Shown piece by piece: positions 10,432-20,580 of a stretch of DNA of 64,000 nt (position 1 is the first letter of the stretch; every line of letters begins with the position of its first letter). Position numbers and translations under genes: made by a program. Where the stretch lies: positions 128,001 through 192,000 of the forward strand of contig CAWBAT010000007.1 in NCBI GenBank assembly GCA_963786955.1, given 5' to 3'. Below the pieces are notes generated by a model that was not told the DNA's origin, made no database searches, and saw only the letters and a program-made list of their open reading frames with translations. Origin of the DNA: an uncultured Acidimicrobiia bacterium (lineage in GTDB: Bacteria; Acidobacteriota; Terriglobia; Versatilivoradales; Versatilivoraceae).

Positions 10432-10653
10432 ATCTTGTTGGAAAACTCATTTTAACAGTAGTTCGGTTCTTTTGCCTAAGGCTGTTCAAAATCATACACG
10501 GAGGGGGGAACTCCATATCGCTGTGGCAAATCGAAGCTTCCCGACTGTGAAGTGCAAAGGGGTGACCCGATCACTCGCTTTGCCATCCGACAAAAAATCC
10601 CGTTCGATAGGGAATTGACAATGAATACCGACTCTTTGGCATGTCGCATCCGA

Positions 10654-13600
10654 TCACCCTTCGATTGACATTCTTCCTTGCAGTCGGCTGAGTACTTGTC
10701 CAAGTTCCCCGATTTCCACGGGGGCACCATTCTCATAGGCGATGGCGAGATTGGCAAATGGAGAAACTTTGTCACCTGGAGTCAAAATTCCTACAAGGTT
10801 CAAGGGATCGGCCGACGAAACCATTGTTATTGTATTCTTTTCGCTGAACTGTCTCCGCAAAGAGCGCAGGGCGTCGATGGCTTCTGGCAATGCAAACTGC
10901 TCTCCGGGAAAATTCGAGACGAATCGTCCGCCACGAATTTCCCCCCGAGCTTCCATCCTCCAAAATATCTTTAGCAGAAAGCGCCATCCCGGATAGAGGG
11001 TTTCTCGAGACAGAACTTCACGCGTCACTATTCCGTAGCGACGAAGATATTGTCGGGCAAGGGCTTCGGTTGAAAGTGGTGCCTCACTGGTCTCTCTACG
11101 TCTTATCTCTTTTCCGGCTCGCTCTGGGGAAATTGGAGTTTGTTGTAAGGGGCGGGACTCCATTGGCCACAAGAGGGACCAGCGACCCACGGGCATCAAG
11201 CGTCCAGGGGAATGTCCGCCTTTAATCACCCGAAGCCGCTGCTGTGGGGAACGTCTTTTTTCAGGTGGGAGCAAAAGCGTTCGAAGTCCTGCCACTCCAT
11301 CTCCGGTCACTAAGCCCCGACTGACCAATTCCCAGAGAGCATCTTCCACTTCGGCTGCCAGTCGGCCGGAGCTACGAGCGATCTCCTGGATGAATGAAGC
11401 TCCATAACGATCCAAAACTCGCAGAACGTCTCTTGCACTTTCGGTCAGACCCGGCAGGGTGGGGAATTGAAAGGGAGGTGAGTCCAAGAAGTGATGGAAC
11501 TCTTCGCGAAGAAAGAAAGCGAGCGGAGCCGAGCGTGAGGGCTTTTGATGCCGGCGATTCCTTTGCCGGAGGTCTTCCTCATCGGGGATGTTCTCGTTTT
11601 GATCGGGCGGTTCTTTCTGAAGTTTCAACCTCCCCCATCCCACCAGGCCTGAAAGACAAAGGTTTTCCAAATCCGCTGGATCGTAATGAGCGATCCGACG
11701 GCGCAAAATTTCTTGCTCCCAGGAAAGGGCCGGTAATTCAATGCCTTGAAGTTGACGAATCACTTCCAGAATTCCTTGCTTGCCATGGAGCTGTGTGCCT
11801 GGTTCTACGTGCTGCCAGTTGAGCAGAAAGCGGATATAGTCCGTTGAGCTAACCGGCGCGATTTCCCTTCGCAGTGCCCCGATAACCTGACGATGGATCC
11901 GTGCCAAAATGCGGCGCTCACACCATTCTTCACAACATGAGACGGTAAAGCCGCCGCGCAAGACCTGGCCTTGCGATTCCAGCCTTAACAAAGCTCCCTG
12001 AATCAGGCTCACGGATAATCCCAGTCGATGGGAGAGTTCTGCTGCATTGATGGGGCCCAGGATATCCATCCAACCTTGAACCAACAGAGCTTGGTGTTCT
12101 TCCGGGCTGTTCATCGCTGCTTCCTTCCTGCCCCATTCGGGTTCTACAAGATGCGGCTGAAAGAGCACATCATTCAGTAAGCTTCCAATCCAGGAAACTC
12201 TTTCTAAGGAAACCCAAGCCTTATGAGATTCACCCGCTGAGTCCACCCAGCGAGCCAGGGTGGCTCTTTCTTGCCGAACGAGCTCTTGAGCAAACTCTTG
12301 CCAGGCGGCCGATTCCCCGACCGGCAATAAAATAAGGCTCAACAAAACGTCATGCAATTCATCCGCATTCCGGACGTCGGGCCAAAGTTGGGAGACGACT
12401 TCTTCGACGGCAGCAGGGTCAAGCGAACCGTTAAACTCGAGCAGGTCCGGATCCATTCTCCTGAGCGAGACCGCTCGTGCCCGGCGCTCTTCCAGGGGGG
12501 CGTCATCCAAAAATGCATACGGATTTGCATTGAGTATTTCATGACACATCGGAGAAGGTGCGGGAGTGTCACGAGTAATCATTTTAATCTCCCCACGTTC
12601 CAGGTCCTTCAAGACGGCAATGAACCCATCGATGTCCATGGGTTCATGAAGACAATCCTTGATGGTTTCGTTCACAAGGGGGTGATCAGGCAATTCAATC
12701 GGGCCAGCATGGTTGTCTTGGCAAGCCACCTGGGATGGGAAAACCGCGGCCAATAGATCTTCAGCACGCATCCGTTGAATGGGCATGGGGACTTTTTTGC
12801 CTCCGCTAAAGCGGGGCAGGGCCAAGGCTCGGCTTGCATTCCATCGCCAGCGATTGCCAAACATGGGCGAGGCCAGGACGGCTTGGATCACATCCGCTTT
12901 GACGGCATGAGGGCGAGTCATGGATGCCACACTGGCTAATGGAAAACTGTGTTGTTCTCCCAGGGAAAGCACCAGACCGTCATCCGTTGCGGCGGCCTGC
13001 AGCTCAAAATCAAAGGTAAGACAAAACCGCTTTCTCAATGCCAATCCCCAGGCCCGGTTGATCCGTCCGCCAAAAGGCGCATGCAGGACAAGCTGCATGC
13101 CACCTGCTTCATCAAAAAACCGCTCGACGACTAGAGTCTTTTGAGTTGGAACGGCGCCAAGGGCTTTAGCGGTCTCCCGGATATAAGCGATGAGTTGTTC
13201 GGCACCCGAAGATTCGAGACCACAGTGTTCATGAAGCCAAGAAGAAGCGGCAGGGAAAGTTAAAGATTCGTCACAACCCCATTCGGCAAGCTTTTCACGC
13301 AAGTCTGAAACGGCCTTTGAGAGTTCGGCCGTTCGCGCAGGGGCTTCTCCTAGCCAGAACGGGATGGTCGGGGCGGCTCCATGGGCATCTTCAACTCGAA
13401 TCTTTCCCGATCCAACCCGTCGGATCCGCCAGGATTGATTCCCCAGCAGGAACACATCTCCTGCCATACTCTCAACAGCAAAATCTTCGTTTACCTTCCC
13501 GACAAAGATTTCTGCGGGCTCTTGAATGACGTCATAATCGGCTACGTCGGGGATGGCGCCCTCCGCTGGTGATGGCGGCGAGGCGGGCTCCACGGCGGCC

Positions 13601-15050
13601 TTTCAATACGCCATGAACGCGATCTCGATGGATGAGGGCCGTGCTGCGTCCCCGCCTGCTTGAAATCCCTTCGGAGAGCATCTGGAGGATCGCTTCGTAT
13701 TCCTTGGGATCGAGATGACGAAATGGGTAAGCCTGATGGCAGAGCTGCCATAGGTCTTGTTCAGTCAACGGACCACTCGCCAGCGTGGCCACGATCTGTT
13801 GAGCCAAAATGTCCAAAGGTTTCTCCGGAATGATGATTCGGTCCAGCTTCCCACTTTGGATGGCCCAGACTGCCGCGGCACACTGCATGAGTTCGTCCCG
13901 GGTTTGAGGGAATAGCATGCCTTTTGCAGTCCCCCTCAGCTGGTGCCCCGACCGGCCGATGCGTTGGAGCAAAGTAGCCAGCGAGCGAGGAGCTCCCACC
14001 TGGCAAACAATGTCCACATGGCCAATATCGATGCCCAACTCCAGTGAGGCCGTGGCGACGACCACTGGAATGACGCCTGCCTTAAGACCTTCCTCTGCTT
14101 TGAGTCGAGTGGCCCGGGAAAGGCTGCCATGGTGAGCGGCCACTTTGCCTTGCCCAAGCCGCTCTTCAAGCTGATAGGACACACGTTCGACCAAACGCCG
14201 CGTGTTAACAAAGACCAGAGTCGATCGATGTTCTTTCGACTCGGCAGCGATTCGGTCATAGGTCTCGGACCAGATTTCATTGGTTGTAATGGGGCCGAGC
14301 ATTCGGTCGGGTACAACCACCGAAACAGACATCTTCCGGCGGTGCCCCTCATCAACAATGGCACAGCGAACGGAACCATCCGCGAGGATGTTTCTGGTTC
14401 CAACCAGAAGCCGTCGCGATTTCTTCAATGGGATTCTGTGTGGCGCTCAGACCGACCCGTTGAACAGCGCGTCCCGCCAAGGCATCCAATCGCTCTAAGG
14501 ACAGGGATAAATGAGAGCCCCGCTTATCCCCGGCGATGGCGTGAATTTCATCGACGATCAAGGTGCGCGTTGTGCTAAGGAATCGCCGGCTGCCTTCAGC
14601 AGTCAGCAAAATGTAGAGCGACTCGGGAGTCGTAATGAGAATATGCGGAGGCCGGCGCAGCATTTGTTGCCGCTCTTTTGCAGGGGTGTCCCCGCTTCTT
14701 ACAGAAACTCTAATCTCCGGGAAACCCTTGCGGACGGAAGAGGCAATCTCCAGGATCTCGGAAAGAGGCTTTTGCAGATTCTTCTGAACGTCATTTCCGA
14801 GTGCCTTTAAGGGCGAAACGTAAACCACTTGCGTTTCATCCTTCAACGTTCCCTGGTCTGCTTCTTCAACCAGCAGATTGATTGCCCAAAGGAATGCCGC
14901 CAGTGTTTTGCCGGATCCGGTTGGAGCTGCAATTAATGTGTGGCTGCCCGCGCTGATATGCGGCCAACCTGCCTTTTGGGGAGGAGTTGGGGCGGAGAAA
15001 TGTTTACTGAACCATTCACTGACAAATGGATGAAAAGAGGTCTCATTCAT
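10654..15050 (-). pseudogene. lhr: ATP-dependent Lhr family DEAD/DEAH helicase, split by two apparent +1 frameshifts
   Basis: [15 protein letters not shown] (14352-15050); HHGS, LELGIDIG, QRIGRSGH (13532-14428); Lhr C-terminal domains (10654-13593); shifts near 14415 and 13560. Confidence 0.85.
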
Positions 15051-15377
15051 GAAATGAAGTTAGGAAAAGTTTCAAACGGTGATGGTATCTAGAAACTCGA
15101 ACGTCAATTTTCTACGCACATCTTTATCGTCAATCTTGAATTCTAATTATTATTGGAGATGTCCAGCTCTTTCTGTTTCGCCAATTGCCCTACTTTCTTC
15201 GTAAGCTCTTTGATTTTCACATCACTTTTATTAGAAAAAGCTGGGAGTAATAAACACAAAACTGCCCGGACCATAAGTATATTTTTTTTGTATTTTCTCC
15301 AACGACTCCAGCCTCGCCCGGCGCCTGCTTGAGCGGCACATGCGCATCGAGGATACTTATGGTAGTCTCCAACGACG

Positions 15378-15869
15378 TTAATTACTGTTACCTATGTCTC
15401 CAGACTTTTTTGTTACCGATGTCCCCGGCTGCTCATTTTTCTGCTTCTCAAGTTGCTCAACAAGCGCTCTTAAAGACTCTGGCTTCTTAAACAACGTCCA
15501 GGTCTCACTGGGCTTCGCGTCTTTAGATGCAAGCGGGATGAACGATACTTGTACGTTATAACCACGACCACCCTGCTCAATAGCCACAAGCACGGCATCT
15601 GAGCTGAGGCCAGCCAGGGCAAAACGCCGTCTTGGTAATGCAGAATCTACAACATCGGTTGCATTGAACTGGCCATTCTGATCAGCGATACCGTCCAGTC
15701 CTGGCTGGCCAACCCCCAGGGCGTTTTGAATGTGAGTTGGCAAAGACTGAATGGAGCGGGCCTCGCGGAAATGTAGCCCGCGCCACTGCACCGCGCCAGT
15801 TTCGCGGCCGGTGCAAGCGGCCAGAACCGCTAACAACCTCGTGAGGAACAGCCAGTTATAGTTTCGCAT
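15378..15869 (-). CDS. hypothetical exported/lipoprotein (integron cassette gene)
   Basis: ORF starts 3 nt after the GTTAGCC core; lipobox-like LAAC. Confidence 0.55.
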   Translation of the reverse strand: MRNYNWLFLTRLLAVLAACTGRETGAVQWRGLHFREARSIQSLPTHIQNALGVGQPGLDGIADQNGQFNATDVVDSALPRRRFALAGLSSDAVLVAIEQGGRGYNVQVSFIPLASKDAKPSETWTLFKKPESLRALVEQLEKQKNEQPGTSVTKKSGDIGNSN

Positions 15870-15872
15870 AAT

Positions 15873-15934
15873 GGCTAACGACCTAGCTCACCGGCGCGCC
15901 GCTTTTTCGCGTCCGGTGGAGTGTTTTGTTAGGG
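15873..15934 (-). mobile_element. attC: integron attC site (59-base element)
   Basis: minus strand CCCTAAC-AAAACACTCCACCGGACG...GCGCCGGTGAGCTAGGTC-GTTAGCC: YYYAAC...GTTRRYY ends, imperfect palindrome, 62 bp. Confidence 0.8.
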
Positions 15935-16362
15935 ACTTTTTTCTTTCTGCGTTGAAACGCATGGTAGATGGAAATCTCAAGATCGATTCGCAATCGACCA
16001 AGCTGCAATAGAAACTCATGAGGAACACTTTCAAATTGGGCAGCTACGTTTAATTCAAGAACACCAAAGTCCAAGCATGCATTTTGGACCCCTGGAAATT
16101 TTCGAAGACGCTGAATTTCACGGTGGTGTTTATTGATTGCCGAATGAGCACGGCTAACGAGCGTGTGTAGTTTACCTTCTAAGCCATCGGGGCCTTCGAG
16201 ACGCATGTTTACCCCAGATGTAAGATAACGTTTCTTTAGCACCATGGATGAGGGATAAATTAACTGCCCACGCTTGTAAACCTTTACGACTGGGAGTGTT
16301 GTAGATCGAGCACACGCTTCGGCATCAAAATTCTTTCCAGAAATTCGAAAAATCACCGACAT
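15883..16362 (-). CDS. DUF4279-like hypothetical protein (integron cassette gene)
   Basis: ATG at 16362 follows GTTAGGG core (16374-16380); ...LDFG...L.QLGRL.IDLEISIY tail; ORF reads into the attC. Confidence 0.55.
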   Translation of the reverse strand: MSVIFRISGKNFDAEACARSTTLPVVKVYKRGQLIYPSSMVLKKRYLTSGVNMRLEGPDGLEGKLHTLVSRAHSAINKHHREIQRLRKFPGVQNACLDFGVLELNVAAQFESVPHEFLLQLGRLRIDLEISIYHAFQRRKKKVPNKTLHRTRKSGAPVS

Positions 16363-16673
16363 ATTTTTGTGGTCCCTAACATGGTATCGCTGTAGGCTCT
16401 TTAGCCTGCAGCCTATACTGAATTCACCCGTTTTCTTAAATACCTGGATCCTCTTGTGCTTCAGGTATTTGACTCCAATTTTGCCCTGAGCACCAGCGGG
16501 GGTAGGCGGCGCGCTGCAGCCTAACCTTCTGCAAGATAGGCTGCACGATATATCAAAGGGCGTCTTCGGGGCTGCGAACGCCTCGACCACCCCGGTTGAT
16601 CAAAAATTGCGTATTGGTCAAAGTTGAGATCCTCCGCGGCCCACTGAGCTATGAAAAAACTGGAAAACGTCTC

Positions 16674-16830
16674 GTGAGGCTTAGGCTTTGAGAAAGCCTG
16701 AAGCCTACAATAATTTCAAAGGGCTTAACATCATGTTGTAGGCCGGGTCACCCGACCCGGCGCTGGAGATTGGACATTTTTCGAGAAGTGCAGCGGCAGG
16801 ATGCCGCTGCTTCACCTGAGTGCCCTGTAA
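16674..16830. repeat. cluster of REP-like palindromes
   Basis: gtgaggcttaggcttt..aaagcctgaagcctac; gtaggccgggtcacccgacccggc; gcagcggcaggatgccgctgc. Confidence 0.65.
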
Positions 16831-16860
16831 ATTAGGCAATATTGCGTATCAAGTTGTTTT

Positions 16861-17610
16861 TTAGAGATTAGAGGCATTGATTATCTCCACGTATTGTTTG
16901 ACCAGGAAAGGTGACAAGGCAGTGACTTGAGCGATGAACTCAAGGCTTTGATTGTGTTGGAAACAGGTTTTGACCCGATGGAAATCCTTCAGATAGCGGT
17001 CCACGGCCTTTTGTGAATGTTTGGTTTCGAGAGCGATCCGTTTCGGGTCTTTTTTGTCAAGGATGGCCTTTTTGACGATGGTTTTTTTGTGAGAGATACA
17101 AGAGCCAAAGTCCTGCAAACTGCCGCTGTGTGGGAGAGTGGTGTCATGTTCTTTTTCCCAGGCAGCCCGCAAGGAGGAAAGCCTCGAGTTTTGCCGCCAG
17201 CAAAAAAGGCCGATATCCCGCATGGTCAACAAGGCGCCTTGTTGATGGGCCTCGCAGCAAATACGGGCGATGGCCTTTTTAGCGATGGTTGTCATCGAGG
17301 AGCCCTTTGCCAGTTGCTCGACATCGGAAGGATCGACCAACGTCAACAGGACTGGGAGCAATTGCAGGTTCGGGCTGTTAGGTCTGGATTGTTGAGAGAC
17401 CGCATTCCAGACCATCTGGCCCGGCTGCAGATGATCTTTATGGGGCAACTGTTTTTCAACTAGCTCGACAATTTTTTCCGCCAAACGTTCGGCAAGCAAG
17501 GGGCCAAAAAGCTTGGGGCACTGGCTTTGCAAAAACCGCTGGATGGAAGGGCGGAGAAAGCGGTTTTGAGCAGAGCGGTAATGTTTTATGGATTGGGCCG
17601 GAGGATTCAC
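16861..17610 (-). CDS. DUF1670 domain protein (element ORF B)
   Basis: PGQMVW, EAHQQGALLTMRDI, LPHSG..QDFG..ISHK, HSQKAVDRY; 4-nt overlap with ORF A. Confidence 0.8.
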   Translation of the reverse strand: MNPPAQSIKHYRSAQNRFLRPSIQRFLQSQCPKLFGPLLAERLAEKIVELVEKQLPHKDHLQPGQMVWNAVSQQSRPNSPNLQLLPVLLTLVDPSDVEQLAKGSSMTTIAKKAIARICCEAHQQGALLTMRDIGLFCWRQNSRLSSLRAAWEKEHDTTLPHSGSLQDFGSCISHKKTIVKKAILDKKDPKRIALETKHSQKAVDRYLKDFHRVKTCFQHNQSLEFIAQVTALSPFLVKQYVEIINASNL

Positions 17611-18431
17611 TGGGACCTCCGGGTTGGGCGGCTCGGCAGATCGGCTGAGCTTTTTTTTAAGAAGCCCAAGAGTTCCTGCTGCCGGTGGACCGCCGGTTTG
17701 GCCGTCTGATGCAACTGGCGGAATTGCTCCACCAAAGGGGCGGACAAGCGAATCAGGAAAGCGGTGGTCGTCAGATCAAAGCCATGTTGGAGCAAGGCGG
17801 CACAGCGTTTGAATTTTTCCACGTAGTTGGCCACTGAAGAAACGCTGTGATGAGAATGCAAGGCGATGTCGGAATACTCTTTGCCTTCCAGCCACAGTGA
17901 GACAATCAGGCGGCGATGGGTTACAGCTCGACCGATGTCTTTGACGGTGGAACGAAGAGGCGGCACCAGATTCTGCTGGCGCAATGCGGCCAAGTCGCCA
18001 ACCAAAGTGCGCAGGCCGCAATTAAACAACAGGGCCAGATCCTCCAAAGTCAGCAGACCCCCTTGCTGGAAGGCTTCTTCGGCAACTCGCATCAGACGAT
18101 GTTGCCGCAGGGCCGGGATGGTTTGCCGCTGCTGGATCTGGTTGTCTTCCTCTTTATCCAGCAGGGTGAGGGTGGCCAGCTTCTGAGCAGCTTGGGACAG
18201 CGGAACACCGGGAGGCACAGAGGCATCCACTACCATGAGTTGAATCTGTCCGGGCTGCACAGTGGTTGAGTTGTCGAACAAGGGTCCATAAAGTTCATGG
18301 ACTTTTTCGACCATGATCTGGGCTTCGAAAGGGGAACAATTCAGCCCCCGCTGCATGGCGGTCTTAAATTGAGTGTCAATGGATTTAGCACTGATGCGGT
18401 CCCAACGTTGCAAACTGGTGTTGTTGATCAA
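17607..18431 (-). CDS. DUF1670 domain protein (element ORF A)
   Basis: PGQI, EAFQQGGLLTLEDLA.L...RTL..D, PLRSTVKDIGRAVTHR; likely TTG start at 18431 after CAGGAG RBS. Confidence 0.8.
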   Translation of the reverse strand: MINNTSLQRWDRISAKSIDTQFKTAMQRGLNCSPFEAQIMVEKVHELYGPLFDNSTTVQPGQIQLMVVDASVPPGVPLSQAAQKLATLTLLDKEEDNQIQQRQTIPALRQHRLMRVAEEAFQQGGLLTLEDLALLFNCGLRTLVGDLAALRQQNLVPPLRSTVKDIGRAVTHRRLIVSLWLEGKEYSDIALHSHHSVSSVANYVEKFKRCAALLQHGFDLTTTAFLIRLSAPLVEQFRQLHQTAKPAVHRQQELLGFLKKSSADLPSRPTRRSQ

Positions 18432-18537
18432 GAGGGGCTCCTGCTGTCGAAATGAGTTCTCTTGCCCCTGGCATTCCAGTCGCCCTTCGGGCTCCTTCCC
18501 TGCCAGGGGCAAGAGAATAAGCAATATTGCACAACTA

Positions 18538-18910
18538 TAAGGGCGATAGAATTTTAGCCCAGGGCCAGCGAGGAGCAGGAACTCCTCGCGCCGCCCTGGG
18601 TCAGCATTTCAACCAATATTATCTCCTCTCCCCCCGAATTGCTCGCCTTTCGGCGATTCGGGGGAGAGGATGGGAGTGGGGGGCTTTCGTTGCCAAATCC
18701 TGAATCATGCGTTTCGTTGTGGTTGCAGTGTTTGTCGGAACGAAGCATGAGTCTTCGACCTCGACACCTTCTGACCCCCTCACCCTCGCCCTCTCCCCCA
18801 ACACGAAAAAGGTGTTGGGGGAGAGGGTAGGAATTCGTGAGAACGCTGACCCAGGGCGGCCGCAGCGGCTCCTCCGCTGCGGCGCCCTGGGCTAGAATCC
18901 AACGCCCCGA
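18538..18910. repeat. two inverted composite REP units (BIME-like) between the elements
   Basis: tagcccagggc...gccctggg and ccctctcccc...ggggagagg(g) hairpins present in both orientations. Confidence 0.75.
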
Positions 18911-19016
18911 TAGTTGTGCAATATTGCTTGTAGGTTTCTCTGGGGCGTGGAAGGAGCCCGAAGGGCGACTGGAATGCCCCAGAGAAACTGCGCAATTTCA
19001 GGTCGAGGAGGCTCTC

Positions 19017-19840
19017 GTGATCAATAACACTAGCATCCAACGATGGGACCGAATCACAGCCAAGTCCATCGATGCCCAATTCAGCCAGGCCATGCAACAG
19101 GGGCTGAACTGTTCGCCCTTCGAAGCCCAGATCATGGTGGAAAAGGTCCATGAGCTCTACGGTCCTCTGTTTGACTCCTCCACCTCCGTTCAGCCCGGTC
19201 AGATTCAAACCGTGGTGGTCGATGCCTCAGTGCCTCCTGGAATCCCTCTGGCTCAGGCAGTTCAGAAACGAGTGACCGTCACCTTGTTCGATCCCACCCA
19301 GGATGTGGAAACTCAAAAAACCGGAGGGATACCGGCTCTGCGTCAAAAACGCCTCTGTCGAATCTGCGAAGAGGCCTTCCAACAGGGAGGCTTGTTTACC
19401 TTAGAAGATCTCTCCGTCCTATTCAATTGTGGGGTCCGAACCTTGGTGGGAGATCTGGCTGCATTGCGTCAGAAAAAAATCATTCCCCCCTTGCGCTCTA
19501 CCGTCCAAGACATCGGCCGGGCCATTACTCACCGCCGCCTCATCGTTTCCCTCTGGTTGGAAGGTCGAGAGTATACGACATTGCGGCCCGAACTCATCAT
19601 GCGGTAGGGTCGGTCAGCAACTACGTCGAGAAATTCAAACGCTGTGTGGCCCTGCTGGCTAATGGGTTTGATGTCCCCACCACGGCTTTCCTGGTGCGGC
19701 TCTCTGCGCCCTTGACCGAGGAATTCCGCCAGCTCTATGCGTCGTCAAAACCAGCCCTCCACTGACAAGTGAGCTGGACAATTTCCTGAAAAAAAGCCCG
19801 CTCGTTCAGCCGCCCGCCGCGGCCGAAGGTTGCGATGATG
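19017..19840 (+). pseudogene. DUF1670 ORF A homolog, frameshifted
   Basis: GTG at 19017 after GAGGAGG; frameshift near 19575 and stop at 19763-65; collinear with 17607-18431. Confidence 0.75.
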
Positions 19841-20580
19841 CCCCAACCTCAATCCGTCAAACACTACCGCTCGGCAGGCCGCCGCTTTCTGGAAGCCTCC
19901 ATCCAGCAGTTTCGAACTCAATGCCCCAAGCTCTTCGGCTCCCTACTGGCTCAACGATTAGCCGAGAAACTGGTCGAACTGGTTGAAAAATAGCTGCCCG
20001 CTAAAAATCATTTGCGCCCCGGGCAGATCGTCTGGAATGCCGTCTCCATTCACTCCCGGCCCGACAGCCCCCGCCTCCAGTTGGTCCCCGTGATCCTGAC
20101 GCTGATCTCCCCGTCTGATATCGAACAACTGGCCCAGGGCACCCGCATGTCCGCCATCGCTCAAAAGGCCGTCGCCCGTATCTGCCGCGAGGCCCAGCAA
20201 CAGGGAGCCTTGCTGACCATGCGAGACATCGGCCTGTTCACTTGGCGGCAAAACTCCGCTCTCTCCAGTCTGCGCCTCGCTTGGGAAACACACAACGCCA
20301 CCACCTTGCCTCACAGCGGCAGCTCCAAGACTTTGGCTCTTGCATCTCCCACAAGACCACCATCGTGCACAAAGCCATCTTGGAGAAGAAGGATCCCAAA
20401 ATCGTGGCCTTAGAAACCAAACATTCTCAAAAAGCCGTCGATCGTTATTTAAAGGATTTTCATCGCGTTCAAACCTGTTATCAGCACAATCCCAATCTGG
20501 ATTTCATCTGCCAGGTCACCGCTATGTCTCCGCACCTGGTCAAACAATACCTACACCTCATTAATGAAATCGAAGCCTAA
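19835..20580 (+). pseudogene. DUF1670 ORF B homolog, frameshifted with nonsense codon
   Basis: M.QPQSVKHYRSA start; shift near 19910, TAG at 19991, shift near 20325; collinear with 16861-17610. Confidence 0.75.

Larger units (their letters stand above)
16831..18537 (-). mobile_element. putative IS-like element, copy 1 (intact), DUF1670 gene pair
   Basis: ends TAGTTGTGCAATATTGC / GCAATATTGCCTAA shared with copy 2; flanked by TAA at 16828-30 and 18538-40; removal restores REP hairpin GCCCTGTAAGGGC. Confidence 0.75.

Noticed and set aside
13540-14430. Programmed ribosomal frameshifting in lhr
   Set aside because: No slippery heptamer seen at either shift; two independent shifts are more simply mutation or error.
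15883-16590. 235-aa ORF as called by the track
   Set aside because: The cassette boundary at 16374-80 and ATG 16362 indicate a shorter gene.
18432-18524. ORF-track N-terminal extensions of ORF A (also 18837-19016 in copy 2)
   Set aside because: RBS-backed TTG/GTG starts align at 18431 and 19017; the upstream sequence is terminal repeat and hairpin.
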